DNA of 32,000 nucleotides from Nostoc punctiforme PCC 73102 (GCF_000020025.1 NC_010628.1:1560001-1592000), one strand, 5' to 3'. Positions 10,101 to 17,346 are shown, numbered from the stretch's first letter. Made by a program: numbers and translations. The notes: generated by a model not told the origin, from the sequence alone.

Positions 10101-11247
10101 ATCCGGCATCTTCGTAAGCACGATGCAAAGCTCTCATTTGACCTTCTGGACGTGGCGCATAGATACTTTTATAGCGACCATCGCTAGAAGTTCCAATGCC
10201 TTTAATGACTGCATAGATTCGGTCATTATCTCGCTGGGCATCCTCAAGGCGTTTCAGGACTAACATTCCCACACCTTCACCTAGCATCATCCCATCTGAT
10301 TCTGCATCGAAAGGTTTAACATTCTCACCTTGGGAAACAGCAGGAGTTTTGCTGAAGCACATGTAGGCCATAATTGAGTTGTCGGTGTCAACTCCGCCAG
10401 TGATCATCATATCGGCTCGATGCTCAATTAGCTCGCTCATTGCCATTTTGAGCGCACCTAATGAACTGGCGCAAGCGGCATCTACTACACAGTTAGTTCC
10501 GCCCAAATCTAGGCGATTGGCAATTCTTCCTGTAACTACGTTTGCCAGCATACCGGGGAAGGCATTCTCATCCCACTGCACATAAGCACTTTTGATTTTC
10601 TCAATGATTTTTTGTGTATCATCGTCAGATAAGCCACTGCCTTTGAGGACTTTTTCCCAAACCGGGTACTGCATTCTCACAGTCAGAGGAACCGCCAACT
10701 GTCTGCCTAGTGCCACACCTAAGATTACACCAGTGCGTTGGCGAAGGCGATCGTAGATATCGCTGTTAAACTGTCGAGATTCGCCGTAACCTGCATCTTC
10801 CATCGCTGCTTTCGCAACAATCAGACCTAGCAATTGCGATATATCTGTGACTTCTAGGCTGTTGGGTGGCAGCCCAAATTCCATCGGATTGAAATTGACA
10901 TCCGGGATAAATCCACCTCTTTTACAATAGGTCTTATCAGGTGTTCTGGGGTTAGGATCGTAATAATCCTCTACACTCCAACGCGAAGAGGGAACATCAG
11001 TAATACAATCAACTTTGTGAATTATTTTTTCCCAATATTCCTGTAAATTTTTGGATTGGGGAAAGATTGAAGCCATCCCAATAATTGCAATATCTGTTTT
11101 TTGCTGAGGTCTATTTATTTCGCTGGTTAACGGTGCATTCTCAACCATAACTTTTTTCACCTGTATGAGCTTTAGTAGAGCCTGTTCACAATTGCTAACT
11201 TCTTCTTGCAACTGTGCTAAAACAGCTTCAATTCTAGAAGCAGTCAT
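4129..11247 (-). CDS. PfaA/HglE-like iterative type I polyketide/fatty-acid synthase, KS-AT-ACP-ACP(Ser->Ala)-KR-DH
   Basis: 2372-aa ORF. Motifs read in translation:
- KS: DAACASS (Cys259, nt 10471-10473), EAHGTGT, SQIGHTKAAAG
- AT: FSGQGSQ, GHSFGE (Ser730, nt 9058-9060), AAFHTP
- ACP1: LGIDSIKRVEIL (Ser1331, nt 7255-7257)
- ACP2: LGIDAVKLVEIF (Ala1471, nt 6835-6837)
- KR: VSGGAKGIT Rossmann motif and SDYAIAN
- C-terminal PS-type DH: HVIAGYPVLP (His2112, nt 4912-4914). Confidence 0.93.
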   Translation of the reverse strand: MTASRIEAVLAQLQEEVSNCEQALLKLIQVKKVMVENAPLTSEINRPQQKTDIAIIGMASIFPQSKNLQEYWEKIIHKVDCITDVPSSRWSVEDYYDPNPRTPDKTYCKRGGFIPDVNFNPMEFGLPPNSLEVTDISQLLGLIVAKAAMEDAGYGESRQFNSDIYDRLRQRTGVILGVALGRQLAVPLTVRMQYPVWEKVLKGSGLSDDDTQKIIEKIKSAYVQWDENAFPGMLANVVTGRIANRLDLGGTNCVVDAACASSLGALKMAMSELIEHRADMMITGGVDTDNSIMAYMCFSKTPAVSQGENVKPFDAESDGMMLGEGVGMLVLKRLEDAQRDNDRIYAVIKGIGTSSDGRYKSIYAPRPEGQMRALHRAYEDAGFSPTSVGLIEAHGTGTMAGDPAEFSSIKEVFGENNPKKQHIALGTVKSQIGHTKAAAGAASLIKTALALHHKVLPATINVTKPHPKLDIDSSPFYLNTETRPWISGDDQPRRAGVSSFGFGGTNYHVVLEEYTSQHQQPYRLHKPSQSVLLFASTPEELLSRIQEIRQQLQSDTGEQLYTELIAASQSLEIPVTNARLGFVADSLTQACDLLQTSIDLLTSKLQAESWEYPQGIYYRKTGIATEGKVVALFSGQGSQYLEMGRELLINFPDLGQTYAQIDNLLREDGLQPLSEVVFPNPVFDLDQKTAQMKVLQQTEYAQPAIGAFSAGLYKILQQAGFKPDFVAGHSFGELTALWAAGVLNEKDYLFLVKARGQAMAAPKDPLLDAGAMLAVKGDVNQVTELIQNFPQVTIANLNSPNQMVLAGTKAEIANVQEALKTQGFSSILLGVSAAFHTPLVAYAQQPFARAIEKVTFNEPQIPVYTNVTGKRYPNEPQVIQKLLKEHLKNQVLFKQEIENIYAEGGYCFIEFGPRSVLTNLVKDILSDRPHLAVALNASHLKDSDRTLRQAVLQLRVAGLPLQNLDPYQLEYKIPEASPNQLLNVRLNSTNYVSEKTKQSFEKAMQNGHHVNGNKPNFSHSAEKVAVNGQSPVGNGNKPHSVTANPSHSAEKVTVNGGVKSVQNGQSDQLDIKSLQPSSELPLSYLRAIDNLEYSLIDFSRNQHEILQVHEQSLNNQTEYTKTFFQLMEQQHAVWGNSKFSEPHTETQQLVISSSERSIMRFHEHQTDSLRIHEQYLNYQQEYTNNFFQLLQRNYQPSPSNTTQQNLIPPVNYQPSPVAPPAEEDNPVRETAPVALPSNGFATKSEPVLTNGNGTNGNGNGNGAHHQATAVLDVTPLKENTAPIEIAPEPPLIIDQATLSETLINIVSDKTGYPTEMLELTMDIEADLGIDSIKRVEILGALLELYPDLPKPDPEEVGQLRTLAQIAEYMGKIASEISGAIPATGFVNAPNDSGSGLAVSVAEREQGAEGDGEDKGDEGNGGVTAIPSSSPPSPSSPELTNIVFNVVSEKTGYSTTMLDLSMDIETDLGIDAVKLVEIFEALLELYPDLPKMNSEALAQLRTLGQIVAHIEKAQESGKEFSQSPIPNPQCPTPSPQSSILRNPVRLKYLPEPDVLDFTLPDNHIALLTDDGSLTTAKLAETLFKRGWKTVVLTFPSTVIAKQSPLPEGISRVVLADLSEEHLREQLGAIATNYGQIATFIHLNPSTHDDISNHVRYLESEKAILRHVFLIAKYLKEPLNQAAVQGRSSFITVARLDGEFGLGQKTNFGAIGAGLFGLTKSLNQEWESVFCRAIDLSPDLDAETSAQHILAELHDPNLLVVEVGYNSQERVTLVCEQEEQKNREQEIDGIPFAPNTFSSNVFPIPNAKSQVFLVSGGAKGITAQCVIKLAQRYQCKFILVGRSTADPEPVWTEGYLSEADLKKRIMEDFFAKGEKPTPAMVQKKFNAISSSREIATTLQAINKAGGKAEYLNVDVTDAIALQEQVANAVKRFGPVTGIIHGAGNLADKRIEKKSVQDFETVYTAKVKGLENLLRCVTPSQLNYLVLFSSVVGFYGNVGQSDYAIANEILNKSAHLVKRNHPHSHVVAINWGPWDSGMVSPELKQAFAERNIETIPVDIGTEMLVDELASTNQETVQVVIGSPLVYIPEKLPSELRTFRIQRQLTLAANPFLQDHVIAGYPVLPATCGLLWIANACEQIYPGYKAFSCTNYKVLKGLIFDENLATEYTLELQEVAKHDINEIDFDAKIWSKTPEGKIRYHFSSQMKLKREILIPPTHEFMNLSQDHKITATTSSLYQNGAASLFHGFTFQGVKSVLNANLDKIAIECYLPEPGERQQGQFPVQTFNPYIADVQIHAFWIWAQHFYQVACLPSEIKTFEQFAAVPFDETFYVSCEIKSKTESSLVVDVIAHNQQGKIYTRMLGAKGTILPKQLDEI
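4132..4974 (-). other. PKS-type (double hot-dog) dehydratase domain (aa ~2092-2372)
   Basis: HxxxGxxxxP motif as LQDHVIAGYPVLPAT. The C-terminal ~280 aa have the length expected of a PS-DH. Confidence 0.7.
5023..6615 (-). other. Ketoreductase region (structural plus catalytic subdomains, aa ~1545-2075)
   Basis: Rossmann motif FLVSGGAKGITAQC, IIHGAGNLAD, catalytic-Tyr region SSVVGFYGNVGQSDYAIANE. Boundaries approximate. Confidence 0.75.
6642..6702. repeat. Seven tandem STRR1-like heptamers plus a GGGAAA/TTTCCC hairpin, lying inside the synthase coding sequence
   Basis: attgggg actgggg gttgggc attgggg attggga attgggg attggga aaactctttccc. Read on the minus strand as ...GKEFSQSPIPNPQCPTPSPQS... 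in the ACP2-KR linker. Confidence 0.85.
6712..6939 (-). other. ACP-like domain 2 (aa ~1437-1512), with Ala at the phosphopantetheine-serine position
   Basis: NIVFNVVSEKTGYSTTMLDLSMDIETDLGIDAVKLVEIFEALLELYPDLP. Clearly paralogous to ACP1, but the codon is GCT (Ala) where ACP1 has TCG (Ser). Confidence 0.8.
7132..7362 (-). other. ACP domain 1 (aa ~1296-1372), canonical DSI phosphopantetheine site
   Basis: TLINIVSDKTGYPTEMLELTMDIEADLGIDSIKRVEILGALLELYPDLP. Confidence 0.85.
8473..9366 (-). other. Malonyl-type acyltransferase domain (aa ~628-925)
   Basis: GQGSQ, GHSFGE, AAFHTPLV motifs. Boundaries approximate. Confidence 0.8.
9706..11094 (-). other. Ketosynthase domain of the 2372-aa synthase (aa ~52-514)
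   Basis: DIAIIGMASIF start, Cys259/His393/His434 triad motifs, GGTNYHVVLEEY end. Boundaries are approximate, from residue counting. Confidence 0.85.
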
Positions 11248-11905
11248 GACTTTTTCTTCACTATTAGATTTTTGAGATGTAAAGATGATAATAAAATTAC
11301 CATCTCTACAAATAGAGAAAGACGCGATTATTTTTTAGGTAAGGCTAGGGGCTATTGATGGTAAGCGAGATGCCTTTACTTGAGGTTCAGAAGCTATAAA
11401 CAAGACTTCAAGAGATTTTAGTGATGATATTCTGAAGTCTCAATGTAGAATTCAGATTTCTTTTGTGCTAAAGAATTGTTCTAAATTAGAAATGGCTTCA
11501 AAGTTACAACATAAGTTGTTAATCAGATGTAAATTGGATATTTTCATCCAGCTAACATCTCAACTTCTCAATTGTAGTTAATATTAGGCTGTTTAACTAT
11601 CCATTACAACTGATATACAACTTATATACAACGGTATAGCTCTTGAGAGGTAAAATCTCATTAGGCATAACTTCTTAGTCCATTTCAATAACGGTACTAG
11701 TAGCCTATCAGCCCGATCTCTTTTTGTCTCTGACTCTGTGTTCTCTGTGCCTCTGTGGTTCATCTCATTAAATTTGCTGGGTAAATAAGTTTATGGTTAG
11801 AATTTTCTAAGCGCTTTAATGATTAGTACAAACCCTCAAAATTAGCTTAGAAAAGTACATTTTCTGATTGCAATTTGAGAAGTGAATCAGAACCTAGATA
11901 TAAAC

Positions 11906-12190
11906 TTATACAGAATCTTTTTCGGAATTAAAATTGTCGTCTCCTTTATTACTTATCGTCTGGTTTTGAGCAGCAGCTAATAGCTTTTGCTCAAGCTTAC
12001 TAATACTAATTCCCAGCTCAGAAGCTTTTTTTGTTTTCCACTCTTCTAGCTCACAATCATGTTGATTGAGCCATTCACGCACCGCAACGCGGGCCATCTC
12101 AGCTTTGCGAAGAGTCTGGCGAGCTGCATGAAAAATCAGTCGCTGGTTATCAAAGCTTGGCAATGAGAGCATGAATCGCTGTAGTTTCAT
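11906..12190 (-). CDS. Small ribbon-helix-helix-like (CopG/Arc/MetJ-type) putative DNA-binding protein. The ORF is open up to 12304, but Met39 (12190) is the more plausible start.
   Basis: From Met39: MKLQRFMLSLPSFDNQRLIFHAARQTLRKAEMARVAVREWLNQ... This fits the RHH pattern (short beta strand RFMLSLP, then helix-turn-helix ending ...REWL). Same orientation as the PKS operon and upstream of it. No SD seen. Assignment is by pattern only. Confidence 0.4.
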   Translation of the reverse strand: MKLQRFMLSLPSFDNQRLIFHAARQTLRKAEMARVAVREWLNQHDCELEEWKTKKASELGISISKLEQKLLAAAQNQTISNKGDDNFNSEKDSV

Positions 12191-13014
12191 TTTATCTGGG
12201 GTCTTTAGGGGGCGATCGCTGTCACTCACATAACTATTAGAACTCTTTTCAATTAGTATGTCACATAACAAAAATACATTACTCGAATTGCATACAAATT
12301 GCATATATTTTCAATTTAGTACTCACCTCTTACTCGAAAAAATACTGAAAAAAAGTATTAGAATATCAACAACATTAGGCTGCTATTAGTTTATTTATTA
12401 TTGAAAAATAGAGATGATAGCTACTTAAACAAGCTAAGTGCCTGTGAGTTAATGCTATAGTTTTTACATCTATCCAAAAGTTGATTTATTTCTTTTGAAG
12501 ATTGTGTATTAATCAATAAGATATTTTTAAAAGATTTTTATTCCCAAAGAAGTAATTACGTCTGCAATGTAACAATAACCACTAGCAACTATATCTAAAG
12601 AATGAAAAATACTAGCGAACAACAGACCCACTATAAAGCAAAGACTTATTTTGATATGCTGAGTAATAGCGAGGACATAACAGTGTTAAAAAGTGGTCAA
12701 AGATCGCAATTATTTTTCATGAATTGTATCGATTACATTGCTAACTATTTCGCTTCACAACTGTTGCATATAGGTTGCAATTGAGTATCAATCAGTTTAT
12801 CGTAAGTGATTAAATAATGTAATTCAATACTGTCTGTTTAAGAAGGTGGAGAGATACATAAATAGGGAGAATAAAAATATAAATTCACCTGATTGCTGGT
12901 CACTCTATACATTCATAAACGCGCAGTATGACAATGTGATTTAATGCAATGAACCGTATTGTATGAAGCCTTCTGCATAATTAGACTGTCACGAAAATAT
13001 AAGGGTTTGCTGGC

Positions 13015-13338
13015 ATGAGACTATCTGAGCTAGATCCACTCATCCCGCTAATTGAGTTAAGAGAAGAACTCCTGAAGCTACCAAAAGGCTACTCATTTTA
13101 TGAAGATGAACTGGTAGATTTTTTATCTCGACGAAGATGGACTGAAAGTAATCGCCGCATTGATCGGACAACTTTCTGGCGGTGGAGAAATGACAACGGC
13201 ATTGAACATCAAAAAGTATTTAGTCGATTAGATATCTTGAAACTCTGCCAAATTTGCGACCACTATCGCATAGATGGAACTCGCAACGAATATCTGGCGA
13301 TCGTTAAAAGTAAAAAAGAGGCGGTTCTTAACAAATAA
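13015..13338 (+). CDS. Hypothetical 107-aa protein with a possible excisionase/MerR-like HTH segment
   Basis: ORF track. The segment RRIDRTTFWRWRNDNGIEH resembles the (S/T)xxTxYRWxxxGxxP helix of HTH_17/AlpA-type domains. It sits 300 bp upstream of devB on the same strand. No SD. Weak evidence. Confidence 0.4.
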   Translation: MRLSELDPLIPLIELREELLKLPKGYSFYEDELVDFLSRRRWTESNRRIDRTTFWRWRNDNGIEHQKVFSRLDILKLCQICDHYRIDGTRNEYLAIVKSKKEAVLNK

Positions 13339-13637
13339 AGCTACCTCTGGCTAGATACATAAAGTACCAAACTGCTTCATCCAAAGTTAATTTACTAACA
13401 GATTGATTTATGGATCGATATGATTGATGTTAGTAATATCTAGCTTTGGGAGATACCCCAACCCCCCTTAAAAAGGGGGGCTTAATTCACTCATTCAAAA
13501 TAGTTACTTTTACCCGCTTCAAGCTGAATTAGAGTGTTTATCTTGGCAATGATATAAGGTCTAATTTCATCTCTGCTATTTCTGAATAATTTCGAAAGGC
13601 CTTGTTCTCAGACATCGCTAATTTGGAATAGGTAATT

Positions 13638-14843
13638 ATGGTACAAAAACAAAAACAGTCATTCATCAAACCATTAATTAAGCCTGTAGTTTGGTGGCCA
13701 GTTATATTAGCAACTACTATGACTCTAGCTACTGGTGCAGCCTCTTTCTATACCTTTTCACGATTTCAGTTGTCCTCGAAAGTGCAGCCTCTAGCTACCC
13801 CACGTAGTTCTCCTAAAATGACTACTATTGCAGCATTAGGACGTTTAGAACCTCAAGGAGAGGTCATTCGTTTATCGGCTCCAGAGTCCCAAGGGGGTGT
13901 TAGGGTAACAAAACTTATGGTAAACAAAGGAGACAAAGTGCGACAGGGGCAAGTAGTTGCAATGCTTGACAGTTACTTTCCTCGTCTTGCAGCTTTAGAA
14001 AAAGCCCAACAACAAGTCTTAGTTGCTCAAGCCAGTCTTAACCAAGTAAAAGCTGGCGCAAAAGCTGGAGATATCTCTGCACAAAAAGCAACCATTGCTC
14101 GTTTAGAAGCTGAGTTGCGCGGAGAAACTTCTGCCCAAGAAGCAACGATCGCTCGCTTACAGGCTGATTGGCGGAATGCTGAAAGCGAAAATCAGCGATA
14201 TCAGCAGTTATATAAAGATGGTGCGATTTCAGCCTCCGACGCAGATACTAAACGTTTGCGAGTCGATACAGTTCAACAGCAACTCAATGAAGCTAAAGCT
14301 TCTCTCAAGCGCAGTATAGAAACTCTTCAAAAGCAGTTAATAGAGGCTAAAGCCAGACTCAAGAGTATTGCTGAGGTTCGTCCTACCGATATAGCAGCAG
14401 CACAAGCTGATGTCGAAAATGCCTTAGCCTCAGTTAACCAGGCTAAGGCAGAGTGGGATTTAAGTATTGTGCGATCGCCCATAACCGGGCAAATCATGAA
14501 AATTAATACTTGGCCTGGAGAAATTATCGGCACTACAGGAATAGCTGATTTAGGTCGCACACAACAGATGTATGTGGTAGCAGAAGTCTATGAAACTGAT
14601 ATTAAAAAAGTACGTATCGGTCAATCTGCGATTATTACTAGTGATGCTTTACCAGGTAAATTACGAGGAAAAGTTACAGATATTGGTTTACAAGTTGGCA
14701 AACAAAATATCTTTAACAACAATCCTCAAGCAGACACAGATAACAAAATAGTTGATGTAAAAATTCGTATTGATAATCTTCAAGATAACCAGCGAGTTGC
14801 TGGGCTGACTGATTTACAGGTAGAGGTAATTATTGATATTTAA
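13638..14843 (+). CDS. devB: DevB-family membrane fusion protein (HlyD-like periplasmic adaptor) of a DevBCA-type ABC exporter
   Basis: 401 aa. N-terminal TM helix (VVWWPVILATTMTLATGAASFY), lipoyl-like hairpin, long coiled coil with the duplicated SAQxATIARL(E/Q)A motif, and a beta-barrel C-terminus. Followed by devC and devA. Confidence 0.9.
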   Translation: MVQKQKQSFIKPLIKPVVWWPVILATTMTLATGAASFYTFSRFQLSSKVQPLATPRSSPKMTTIAALGRLEPQGEVIRLSAPESQGGVRVTKLMVNKGDKVRQGQVVAMLDSYFPRLAALEKAQQQVLVAQASLNQVKAGAKAGDISAQKATIARLEAELRGETSAQEATIARLQADWRNAESENQRYQQLYKDGAISASDADTKRLRVDTVQQQLNEAKASLKRSIETLQKQLIEAKARLKSIAEVRPTDIAAAQADVENALASVNQAKAEWDLSIVRSPITGQIMKINTWPGEIIGTTGIADLGRTQQMYVVAEVYETDIKKVRIGQSAIITSDALPGKLRGKVTDIGLQVGKQNIFNNNPQADTDNKIVDVKIRIDNLQDNQRVAGLTDLQVEVIIDI

Positions 14844-14993
14844 AACTTCTCAAGAAAGCTTTGTTAATTCATTGAACGTCCCTGCCCTACCTAATACTAA
14901 TTCGTAATTGACTACGCTTTAACAGAAAGTTCTTGATTCAAACAAAGCATTCTTTCTTAATTTAGTCTAATTTCCACCCTTGAGGTTTACTAA

Positions 14994-16166
14994 ATGATTC
15001 TCAATATCCCCTTAGCTTGGTTACAACTAGCCAGACAAAAAATTCGCTTTCTTGTAGCTTTGGCTGGGATTGCTTTTGTTGCAGTTCTCATGTTTATGCA
15101 AATTGGTTTTCAAGCTGCTCTTTATGATAGTGCCACGCAGTTACATAAGAATCTAGAAGGAGACTTATTTTTAATCAGTGCCCAATATAAATCTCTAACG
15201 TCAAATCAAAGCTTTCCTCGCTCACGCTTATATCAAGTATTAGGTTTTGATAATGTCGAATCAGTTAGCCCGTTATATGTGCAATTCGCCAAATTTAAAA
15301 ATCCCAACAATGGTCTAAAGTTTCCATTATACGTGCTGGGATTTGACCCAGTTAAATCAATTTTCAAATTCCCACATATCGACGAAAAGCTCGATCTAAT
15401 CAGAATCCCTAATATCGTTTTATTTGACCGCGATTCTCGACCAGAATTTGGAGCGATCGCTAAAGATTTTGAACAAGGTAAAGTTATAAAAGTTGAAATA
15501 TTCAGCTACACTGGATTAGTTGGTTACAAAGTTAAGGTTGGTGGTTTATTTCGCCTCGGACCTTCCTTTGGTGTTGATGGGAATTTAATCGTTAGTTCTT
15601 CAACTTTCCTCAGAATATTTCAAGATCGTCCGGCACAAAAGATAGATATAGGATTAATTAAGCTCAAACCTAATACCGACCAACAAAAAGTTTTTGCAGA
15701 TTTATCAGCCAACTTACCCAAAGACGTAAAAGTAATTACTCGCAAAGATTTTATTGCTTTGGAAAAAACTTATTGGTCTCTTAGAACACCCATTGGATTC
15801 GTGTTTAATCTGATGGTATTAATGGGGTTTGTTGTTGGTGTAATTGTTGTTTATCAAATTCTTTATAGTAATATTTCTAGTCATTTAACTGAATATGCAA
15901 CCTTAAAAGCAATGGGATTCAAAAACAAATACTTATTAAGTGTAGTTTTTCAACAAGCTTTAATCTTAGCATCTCTAGGTTATATTCCAGGTTTGGCTAT
16001 ATCTCTAGCCTTATATGATGTATCAAAAAATGCTACTAAATTACCAGTTATTATGAGTACAGATAAAGCCATTCTAGTATTGATATCAGCAACATTAATG
16101 TGCTTAACTTCTGGGTTTTTATCTACAAACAAACTCCGAAAAGTAGATCCAGCAGATATTTTTTAA
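14994..16166 (+). CDS. devC: DevC-family ABC exporter permease (FtsX/MacB-like, 4 TM with a large periplasmic loop)
   Basis: 390 aa. N-terminal TM (FLVALAGIAFVAVLMF), ~230-aa extracytoplasmic domain, and a C-terminal FtsX-type 3-TM bundle (...ATLKAMGFKNKYL...). Lies between devB-like and devA-like genes. Confidence 0.9.
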   Translation: MILNIPLAWLQLARQKIRFLVALAGIAFVAVLMFMQIGFQAALYDSATQLHKNLEGDLFLISAQYKSLTSNQSFPRSRLYQVLGFDNVESVSPLYVQFAKFKNPNNGLKFPLYVLGFDPVKSIFKFPHIDEKLDLIRIPNIVLFDRDSRPEFGAIAKDFEQGKVIKVEIFSYTGLVGYKVKVGGLFRLGPSFGVDGNLIVSSSTFLRIFQDRPAQKIDIGLIKLKPNTDQQKVFADLSANLPKDVKVITRKDFIALEKTYWSLRTPIGFVFNLMVLMGFVVGVIVVYQILYSNISSHLTEYATLKAMGFKNKYLLSVVFQQALILASLGYIPGLAISLALYDVSKNATKLPVIMSTDKAILVLISATLMCLTSGFLSTNKLRKVDPADIF

Positions 16167-16300
16167 TTTTACATAGCAGTCCGCTTTAATTTCTGTTCTT
16201 GCAGCGCACATGCGATAGGTAGCTAATAGACAATAAAGCTCTTTGAGTTGTACCTAGCTTCGCAAAAATCAAATATGAGTCATATATATCTGAGAAAATC

Positions 16301-17005
16301 ATGAAAACAAAGTTTATTGTGAATATTAGCGATCTGAATCACTACTTCGGCGAGAAAAAAGTACGAAGTCAAATATTGTTCGATATTAATTTTAATATCA
16401 AATTTGGAGAAATTGTGATTATGACTGGGCCATCAGGTTCAGGAAAAACAACTTTACTAACTTTAATTGGTGGGTTACGGTCTGTCCAAGAGGGAAGCCT
16501 TCAATTTTTAGGTCAAGAGCTTTCTGGAGCTAGTAACGAGCAATTAGTTAAAGTACGCCGCCACATTGGCTATATTTTCCAAGCTCATAACTTATTAGAT
16601 TTCTTAACAGCCAGGCAAAATGTTCAAATGTCGCTAGAATTACATAAAAATATTTCTGAATGGGAAGCTCGCAGCAAATCAGAAGCTATACTAAATGCGG
16701 TTAAATTGGAGAATAGAGTTAATTATTACCCATCTGATCTCTCAGGGGGACAGAAACAACGGGTAGCAATTGCTCGGGCTTTAGTAAGTCATCCAAAATT
16801 GGTTTTAGCTGATGAGCCTACAGCTGCTTTAGACAGTAAGACAGGCCGAGATGTTGTCACCCTAATGCAGAAACTAGCTAAAGAACAGAATTGTGCTATC
16901 TTAATGGTCACTCACGACAACAGAATTTTAGATATTGCCGATCGCATAATTCAGATGGAAGATGGTTATCTGGTCAAAGAGGTTTGTCATCTACCAAATG
17001 GATGA
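16301..17005 (+). CDS. devA: DevA-family ABC exporter ATP-binding subunit
   Basis: 234 aa. Walker A GPSGSGKTT, Q-loop, signature LSGGQKQRVAIARAL, Walker B LVLADEPTAALD, H-loop VTHD. Confidence 0.93.
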   Translation: MKTKFIVNISDLNHYFGEKKVRSQILFDINFNIKFGEIVIMTGPSGSGKTTLLTLIGGLRSVQEGSLQFLGQELSGASNEQLVKVRRHIGYIFQAHNLLDFLTARQNVQMSLELHKNISEWEARSKSEAILNAVKLENRVNYYPSDLSGGQKQRVAIARALVSHPKLVLADEPTAALDSKTGRDVVTLMQKLAKEQNCAILMVTHDNRILDIADRIIQMEDGYLVKEVCHLPNG

Positions 17006-17346
17006 TAACCAAATACCTGTAAAATTTGAATATGTCTTTAGCAATACTAATTTAGTTTAATTTTGCTACAAATATCCAGCAGCGAAGTACAGGTTAAAGA
17101 ATTTGTATCAGTCATTATAGTGAAACAATATTCCTTAAGTCTAGAGTAAGACACATCTGGAGTATGAAGTTATAAGTTTTTAGGTGAAATAATATTGTAG
17201 AGTATTTTTAAATACGGTCTTATGCTTTTTTGCCAGCATTTAGCTGCTTATCTTTATAAGATGTATCTAAATAAAAATAAATAAAAAATCAACTCATCAA
17301 AAAATCCAAAAATCGTTGTATTCATTGCAATTGCTACAGCAGCTTA

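Noticed and set aside
3302-10585. Nine short plus-strand ORFs (65-86 aa) inside the two synthase genes: 3302-3499, 6500-6757, 6636-6833, 6917-7159, 8977-9195, 9857-10117, 10066-10263 and 10379-10585, plus the minus-strand 9555-9749
   Set aside because: All are fully nested in long, motif-rich coding regions on the opposite strand or in another frame. Several are created by the embedded heptamer and GA-rich repeats. None has recognisable motifs.
12191-12304. N-terminal 38 codons of the 132-aa ORF (MQFVCNSSNVFLLCDILIEKSS...)
   Set aside because: The composition looks like translated AT-rich intergenic DNA. The RHH-like pattern begins right after Met39, so the shorter gene model (start 12190) is preferred. 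This remains uncertain.
12602-12784. 60-aa ORF in the AT-rich spacer
   Set aside because: It is at minimal length and has no motifs, no SD and no hydrophobic or structured pattern. It sits in the most AT-rich DNA, where random ORFs of this size are not unusual.
11248-13637. NtcA (GTA-N8-TAC), HetR-type palindrome or DIF1 (TCCGGA) sites that would tie the locus to heterocyst differentiation
   Set aside because: I scanned every GTA in both upstream regions by eye and found no exact GTA-N8-TAC. The best were GTA-N8-TAG at ~11574 and GTA-N8-TAT at ~11781. No TCCGGA or HetR-like inverted repeat was seen. Absence by eye is weak evidence, so heterocyst-specific regulation is neither supported nor excluded.
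13638-17005. Calling these genes the bona fide devBCA orthologues required for heterocyst glycolipid export
   Set aside because: Family membership is well supported by motifs and gene order. However, heterocystous cyanobacteria carry several DevBCA paralogues, and orthology cannot be decided without a database comparison. The symbols are used in the family sense only.
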